From a virus (lineage: Duplodnaviria > Heunggongvirae > Uroviricota > Caudoviricetes), in the IMG/VR virus record IMGVR_UViG_3300037454_000478, positions 1 through 58,448 of that record: a DNA stretch of 58,448 nt; one strand, written 5' to 3'. A program made the position numbers and the translations under genes. The notes under the pieces are model-generated. The model made no database searches. It had not been told where the DNA came from and saw only the letters and a program-made list of their open reading frames with translations. Below, piece by piece: positions 53,795-58,448 of this stretch (positions within the stretch are counted from its first letter, which is position 1; each line of letters opens with the position of its first letter).

Positions 53795-55047
53795 TATTTG
53801 AGCGAGAATTGAATACCTTTGCCGGTAAAATTGTTTAGTTCATTTTGCATAGCATGAATATGGAAACGATCGCTTGCAAACTCATTATAAATTGTTTCAA
53901 GAAGTCTGCCGTTTTTATTCGATGTATCAACACATGCAAAATCACCGGTTGTTTTATTAAATACAAGAAATCTATCAAAGTCCTCCGAGCCGGAATAACA
54001 GAATAAACAAATTGTGGCAACAATATTGTTGACTGCTTTCGTATCGATATCATTACCGCTAAAGAGATGTTTTGATACAAAGGATTTCATTATACCTTCA
54101 TATTGCACCATATCCTCGGGCCACTGGCTGATATACGAATGTGTGAATATTTCCGTCAATGATTCTTTTGCGTTCTTATCCATCTCAACCAATATATCAT
54201 AAAGGCCCTCGAAGAAACGACCGGGAACTTTCATACCACCATTACCATTGAAATCCTTGTTGGATATTACTGGTGCCTGATTCCCATATTTATCGTGTAA
54301 CATTTTATTAAGGGTTGACCTGATGGTTTCCGCAGGTTTTGTACTTGCACCCGTGATACGTGGTTCACCGGATTTCACCTCAACCACTATTCCATCGGCT
54401 GTTACATCACCACGCTTACAGGTAATCGTCTCGGAGGCATTGTCCACCATTAAGCGAAGAAGGAACTCATATTCACCTACCTGTACGCCGGTGGATGTTG
54501 ATTTTTCACGAGCGAGACGTTGAAGTGTTGGACGACTAATTGGAGTGTTCTTTTCACATATATCGAAGATATTGCCGTTCTTTTTGTCGACAATTGTCTT
54601 GATTTTCATCATTTTACCGCTCGAAATATATCTGAGATAATTTATGAGATCATCATTTTTCTCAAAGATATTTAGAATGTTGTCCTGAATGAATGTTAGT
54701 CCAACACCTTCCATAAATGAATCAATCTGTTGCTTGGCCTGCGGTGAAACCGAATTGATGATATTATAGATCTTGTTAATGGTCTCGTGATCGAGTTCCT
54801 CAACTTGGTCTTTAATGAATTGCTTTTTGGCATCAAGTGATGCCTCCACGATATAATCAAAAAGTGATCTCATTGTGTGTTTGTTATTTTCTTTTAATAC
54901 GGTAAACTCCTCAATCTCCTTATCTGTCATATTCGAATCCACGATATCCAATACGGATTTATAAACATCACTACGTTTAAGGTCACCCCTGCGTACGGCG
55001 AGAGCCATGCTAAATAAACGCTGTTGAGATTTTGAGGTTGCTGGCAT
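53794..55047 (-). CDS. DUF3008-like N-terminus, internal CTS-like peptide, putative PD-(D/E)xK nuclease domain
   Basis: Start trimmed to MPATSKSQQRLFSMALAVRRG; MRSLFDYIVEAS at 54873; GEYE..GDV..VVEVKSG. Confidence 0.65.
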   Translation of the reverse strand: MPATSKSQQRLFSMALAVRRGDLKRSDVYKSVLDIVDSNMTDKEIEEFTVLKENNKHTMRSLFDYIVEASLDAKKQFIKDQVEELDHETINKIYNIINSVSPQAKQQIDSFMEGVGLTFIQDNILNIFEKNDDLINYLRYISSGKMMKIKTIVDKKNGNIFDICEKNTPISRPTLQRLAREKSTSTGVQVGEYEFLLRLMVDNASETITCKRGDVTADGIVVEVKSGEPRITGASTKPAETIRSTLNKMLHDKYGNQAPVISNKDFNGNGGMKVPGRFFEGLYDILVEMDKNAKESLTEIFTHSYISQWPEDMVQYEGIMKSFVSKHLFSGNDIDTKAVNNIVATICLFCYSGSEDFDRFLVFNKTTGDFACVDTSNKNGRLLETIYNEFASDRFHIHAMQNELNNFTGKGIQFSLK

Positions 55048-55101
55048 TGATATATCTTTGTTTAATACCTTAATAATAGGTAAAAGTAGACCCACCGGAA
55101 A

Positions 55102-56904
55102 TCACCGGTGGATAATCTTGTACTCAAAATTCTTTTCCCTATATCGCTTGGTCTTGGCTTCACCTTGTTTCTTTATACATTCCGTGGGGAAACAATCAAT
55201 GATATCGTAAAGGTAAAATTTATCCTTCGTTTCCGTCTTTAACAAACCTCTACCCAATGACTGGAGTACGATAAATTGGGACTTGAATGATTGGGCGAAA
55301 ATGGCGTAATCTATGTTTTTGAAGGTCAAACCCGTTGATACAACGCCATAACTCGCCACAAGAATGGCATCCGTATCGGTGGTATTCATGGCCGTGATGA
55401 TTTTCTCGCGTTTCTTCTGCGCGGTCTGTCCTTTAATCTTATATACAGTTCTGTTGGGGTATTGTTCCTGAAAATATTTTTCAAGATAATCGACATATGC
55501 CTCGTTATGTGCAAAAATTACACCATTACTATTGCTCCACTCGAATGTGATGGCCCGCATAACCTCCAGCTTCTTTTCCGAGTGTTCCGCGATCATTTGC
55601 TCCAGTACCAACAGGTTGGAACCTTGGGCTTTACACATATCTATGATGTTTGCCGCATATGATTCCTTGGGAAGGAGACCCATTTCGACATTATCCATCA
55701 TCTGTTGGAGGACAATGGATGGCTTCTTCACATGAATCATGGTCATATCGCGTTGATCCTTGGGTCGGAGAATGCGCTTACCGTTTTCCGTCTCAAAATT
55801 CGAACAAAGGTACTCGCCATACTTGATGTATTTATCCGTGAGATCCTCATCATAATTGATACGGATCTGTGTGATAATCGGTTTGGCAAGGTAACCGGCG
55901 GCTACCAAATCCATGGTTTCAATCTTTTGGATACATGGACCGAGCAAGGCCTGACATGCGTATGATTCGATGGTGTTTTTATCCGGAAGGGTGCCGGAAA
56001 AACCGAATATCAACTTGGCATTTTTGATAAATGGTTGGGCCATAATCTGTTTGATGGATTCACAATCCGCTTTATGGCATTCATCTATGCAAACCACATC
56101 AAACTTATCGAAGAACTTTGGATTGTAATGTTTATTGAACTGTCCATGTTTACCCTTACAGCAACGTTTGACCAACGACTGAAACGTGCCAATGGTAAGG
56201 TTGGCACCTTCACAATACTCCCCCTTGGCCCATACGGATTCTGATGTAAAATATGGTTGGTATTCGTTCATATCATTAACACCCTGCTTAACAAGTGAAA
56301 TGGAAGGTACCACCATAAGTATATTATGGGCTCCGCCATGTTCCAGCATGTAACGGAATATAACATACGCCATGAGTGTTTTGCCGGAACGGGTGGCCAA
56401 CTCGGACATGGATTGATGATAGTGGAGGATCTTCCACGGTGCATCATATTGATAACCACGGAGTTCAAGGTTTAATCCCCAACTTTCCACCATCGATTTG
56501 AACTCTTCCAAACCCATATTGAATGGTGTGAGGATAAGGGATTGATCTTTTTCCTTATTAGGATTATCATAATCCTTGAGGTTGAATACACCGCGGCAAA
56601 CGATTTTCTTCTCGGCGCACCATGTCTTTATCTCATACCACAATCCAGTGAGACAGTAATATACAATACGGTCGTTGATTTTTTGTTTATCAAGAAACAC
56701 CACCGGTTTTGGGATACCGGCAAATGAAGCCATATATTGATAATCCGGCAACCGGTTAAGATGGTCTTCGAGGGCGGCTATTTCAAGAACCTCTTTTTCA
56801 TGGTATTTGTGGTCTTTACCAAGTGCCCGGATCGTGGTTGTTTGTGAATCGTGGGTGAGGAAAATATACCGTGGATCTCGGGGGTTATAGTATAGGTCTA
56901 TCAT
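55102..56904 (-). CDS. uvsW: UvsW-like SF2 DNA helicase
   Basis: LRGYQ, ATRSGKT, MVVPSISLVKQ, IDECH, FSGT, YGVVSTG, QSLGRGL. Confidence 0.87.
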   Translation of the reverse strand: MIDLYYNPRDPRYIFLTHDSQTTTIRALGKDHKYHEKEVLEIAALEDHLNRLPDYQYMASFAGIPKPVVFLDKQKINDRIVYYCLTGLWYEIKTWCAEKKIVCRGVFNLKDYDNPNKEKDQSLILTPFNMGLEEFKSMVESWGLNLELRGYQYDAPWKILHYHQSMSELATRSGKTLMAYVIFRYMLEHGGAHNILMVVPSISLVKQGVNDMNEYQPYFTSESVWAKGEYCEGANLTIGTFQSLVKRCCKGKHGQFNKHYNPKFFDKFDVVCIDECHKADCESIKQIMAQPFIKNAKLIFGFSGTLPDKNTIESYACQALLGPCIQKIETMDLVAAGYLAKPIITQIRINYDEDLTDKYIKYGEYLCSNFETENGKRILRPKDQRDMTMIHVKKPSIVLQQMMDNVEMGLLPKESYAANIIDMCKAQGSNLLVLEQMIAEHSEKKLEVMRAITFEWSNSNGVIFAHNEAYVDYLEKYFQEQYPNRTVYKIKGQTAQKKREKIITAMNTTDTDAILVASYGVVSTGLTFKNIDYAIFAQSFKSQFIVLQSLGRGLLKTETKDKFYLYDIIDCFPTECIKKQGEAKTKRYREKNFEYKIIHR

Positions 56905-56948
56905 TTATAAATTTGAAATTTTTATGTGAATGAATATCGCTAATTAAA

Positions 56949-56977
56949 GTTAAGGTTTTAATCATTTTGATTATATA
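56949..56977 (+). promoter_or_regulatory. phage promoter-like motif
   Basis: GTTAAG-N17-TATATA, 21 nt upstream of ATG 56999. Confidence 0.68.
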
Positions 56978-56998
56978 TTCTTGATAAATCGCAGCATT

Positions 56999-57571
56999 AT
57001 GAAAAACATAAACGGAAAAAAGGGATATCCCACCATTAAGGACACGAGTTGCATCACCTGTGGTTTCAACGAACTCATTGGCGTCATGTTGAAACGTAAA
57101 TCCGAATTACGCAATACCTATTACGATTACCGTGACCACATCCGTTACCTTGCCCACCTTGAACTCATCGACCGATGCTATGTGGCAAGGCTCCACGAAC
57201 TTCAAATGAACCATCAGGTATGGTTGGATGAAATCCGGAACATTAACAACCTCCGTAACCGGAACAAGCAGGATCGACTTTCGTGCATCCACAAGATCAC
57301 AGACATTAAGCGTGAAATCAAACGCCAAACATTGCTGATACATGACCTTCACAATGTTGTCAGGGATATTCACTTGAAATATAACGGTGAAAAATACCAA
57401 GATTTCAAGTACAACCTCCGTCTTACCACGTATTCCGATGGTCAAATGAAATTTGACGCGGTTGTGCTCCGCCCTATCCAGTTTATCGGTATCCCCGATA
57501 AAGCGATCCATGCGAGATTCGAACCTATTACGCCACGGGTAACCGTTGAGGAAAAGGACTCATCCAATTAA
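56999..57571 (+). CDS. hypothetical coiled-coil protein
   Basis: Likely start MKNING. Confidence 0.65.
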   Translation: MKNINGKKGYPTIKDTSCITCGFNELIGVMLKRKSELRNTYYDYRDHIRYLAHLELIDRCYVARLHELQMNHQVWLDEIRNINNLRNRNKQDRLSCIHKITDIKREIKRQTLLIHDLHNVVRDIHLKYNGEKYQDFKYNLRLTTYSDGQMKFDAVVLRPIQFIGIPDKAIHARFEPITPRVTVEEKDSSN

Positions 57572-57621
57572 TAGCGTGAACCACCTTATTATTATATATT
57601 AAAGGGAATTAAATTAAACTT

Positions 57622-58236
57622 ATGAAGGATTTACGCACTCACCTATATGAAGATCTCGGATTAGGAACCACCTTGGGTTTTACGATGGATGACGAATTGG
57701 CCGCTGATTACATATACGCTTTTGAAAATGACAAATGGGATGTTGGCGGACTTGAATTGAAGGACATTGACTTGTGGTGGAGTCTTGGTACAGATTATAT
57801 CAAATATGTGCTCAAAACTGCCCGGTTTACCGGCTGTTTAGGTGAAACAACTGATGAACTTGAGGTATATAAAATGAAGGATTTCGATACAATATTCCTG
57901 CAGGCTTGTGAGGTTGTTTCGAATGGTGAAGGTGGTAAAAACCGTATTGATGATGATTGGGGTCATTTTGTTCTTTGCTATAAAGGACATGAACCTTTTT
58001 CCCTTACAGATCTCAATGATACAGACTGGAAAGAATTTGATTATGCCATCAATCCTCGTGCCAAGTGGCGTAATATGATTAATAAAACAGGACTTGAGTG
58101 GATCATATGGAATGATGATGATTCCGTATGGATTCGCAATAGATCCTCATACGCATCCCTTCACAAATACACCGGTTGGAGTATATGGAGGAACGGCAAG
58201 TGCGAGCTTGGTAGGCTTGCCCATGAAATGAATTAA
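57622..58236 (+). CDS. putative internal virion protein (degenerate CTS-like N-terminus)
   Basis: Starts MKDLRTHLYED; TATTAT 30 nt upstream. Confidence 0.65.
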   Translation: MKDLRTHLYEDLGLGTTLGFTMDDELAADYIYAFENDKWDVGGLELKDIDLWWSLGTDYIKYVLKTARFTGCLGETTDELEVYKMKDFDTIFLQACEVVSNGEGGKNRIDDDWGHFVLCYKGHEPFSLTDLNDTDWKEFDYAINPRAKWRNMINKTGLEWIIWNDDDSVWIRNRSSYASLHKYTGWSIWRNGKCELGRLAHEMN

Positions 58237-58244
58237 CCAATTTT

Positions 58245-58448
58245 ATGAAAAAGGTACTTCTTACAATATTATCATCAAATCAGGATATATACCGTGAGTT
58301 GACAGAGGTTCAGGTAAAGGGGTATGAAATGTGGTTGGAACAACAACCCATGGATATCGATATACTTGTATATACCGCCGGTGAAAAAACCGAATTGGTT
58401 GGTAATACACCATATGTGGCATGTGATGACAGTAGTATATATGCGAAA
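58245..58448 (+). CDS. partial ORF running off the window, possibly a glycosyltransferase
   Basis: MKKVLLTILSS...YVACDDSSIYAK; resemblance to GT-A N-termini is weak. Confidence 0.4.
   Translation, partial: MKKVLLTILSSNQDIYRELTEVQVKGYEMWLEQQPMDIDILVYTAGEKTELVGNTPYVACDDSSIYAK

Noticed and set aside
55600-55860. Insertion in the UvsW-like helicase as a possible intein
   Set aside because: No C/S...HN splice motifs and it is short; more likely a lineage-specific loop between the RecA domains.
1-58448. Stop-codon reassignment (Lak/crAss-type code 15 or code 4)
   Set aside because: Conserved genes are intact in the standard code and tile densely. TAG (e.g. 2733, 9038) and TGA (e.g. 5765, 6517) end genes right before the next start or promoter.
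1-58448. tRNA, rRNA, CRISPR array, transposase, intron or intein
   Set aside because: I saw no cloverleaf or T-loop context, no regularly spaced repeats, and no intein ends or interrupted conserved genes. A tRNAscan/Infernal run would be needed to exclude divergent RNAs.

Overview
This 58.4 kb window is part of a large lytic, T4-related (jumbo-type) tailed phage genome using the standard genetic code. The host is probably in Bacteroidota: topoisomerase III is Bacteroides-like and most genes lack a Shine-Dalgarno sequence. Recognisable genes include DNA ligase, topoisomerase III, two DNA methyltransferases, a gp23-like major capsid protein, a RuvC-like resolvase, a gp32-like SSB, a primase-SF2 helicase fusion, a sigma70-like factor, a TGT/DpdA-like protein and a UvsW-like helicase. 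The capsid gene is on the MINUS strand; the supplied ORF track labels it +. The most striking signal is a peptide tag, M-[KR]-[STP]-L-x-[ED]-[YF]-[IL]-x-E, resembling the T4 capsid-targeting sequence. It begins about 17 unrelated small proteins and also occurs internally or at the C-terminus of four others, suggesting a large arsenal of head-packaged, injected proteins. Non-coding signals include an 11-copy promoter-like motif GTTAAN-N17-TATATA, often built into a terminator hairpin. There is also a TATTAT motif heading the virion-type transcription units, three related GATCTC-cored palindromic elements, and an apparent excess of CCGG. I saw no tRNA, rRNA, CRISPR array or transposase. Family assignments are from motif recognition only; no database searches were run.
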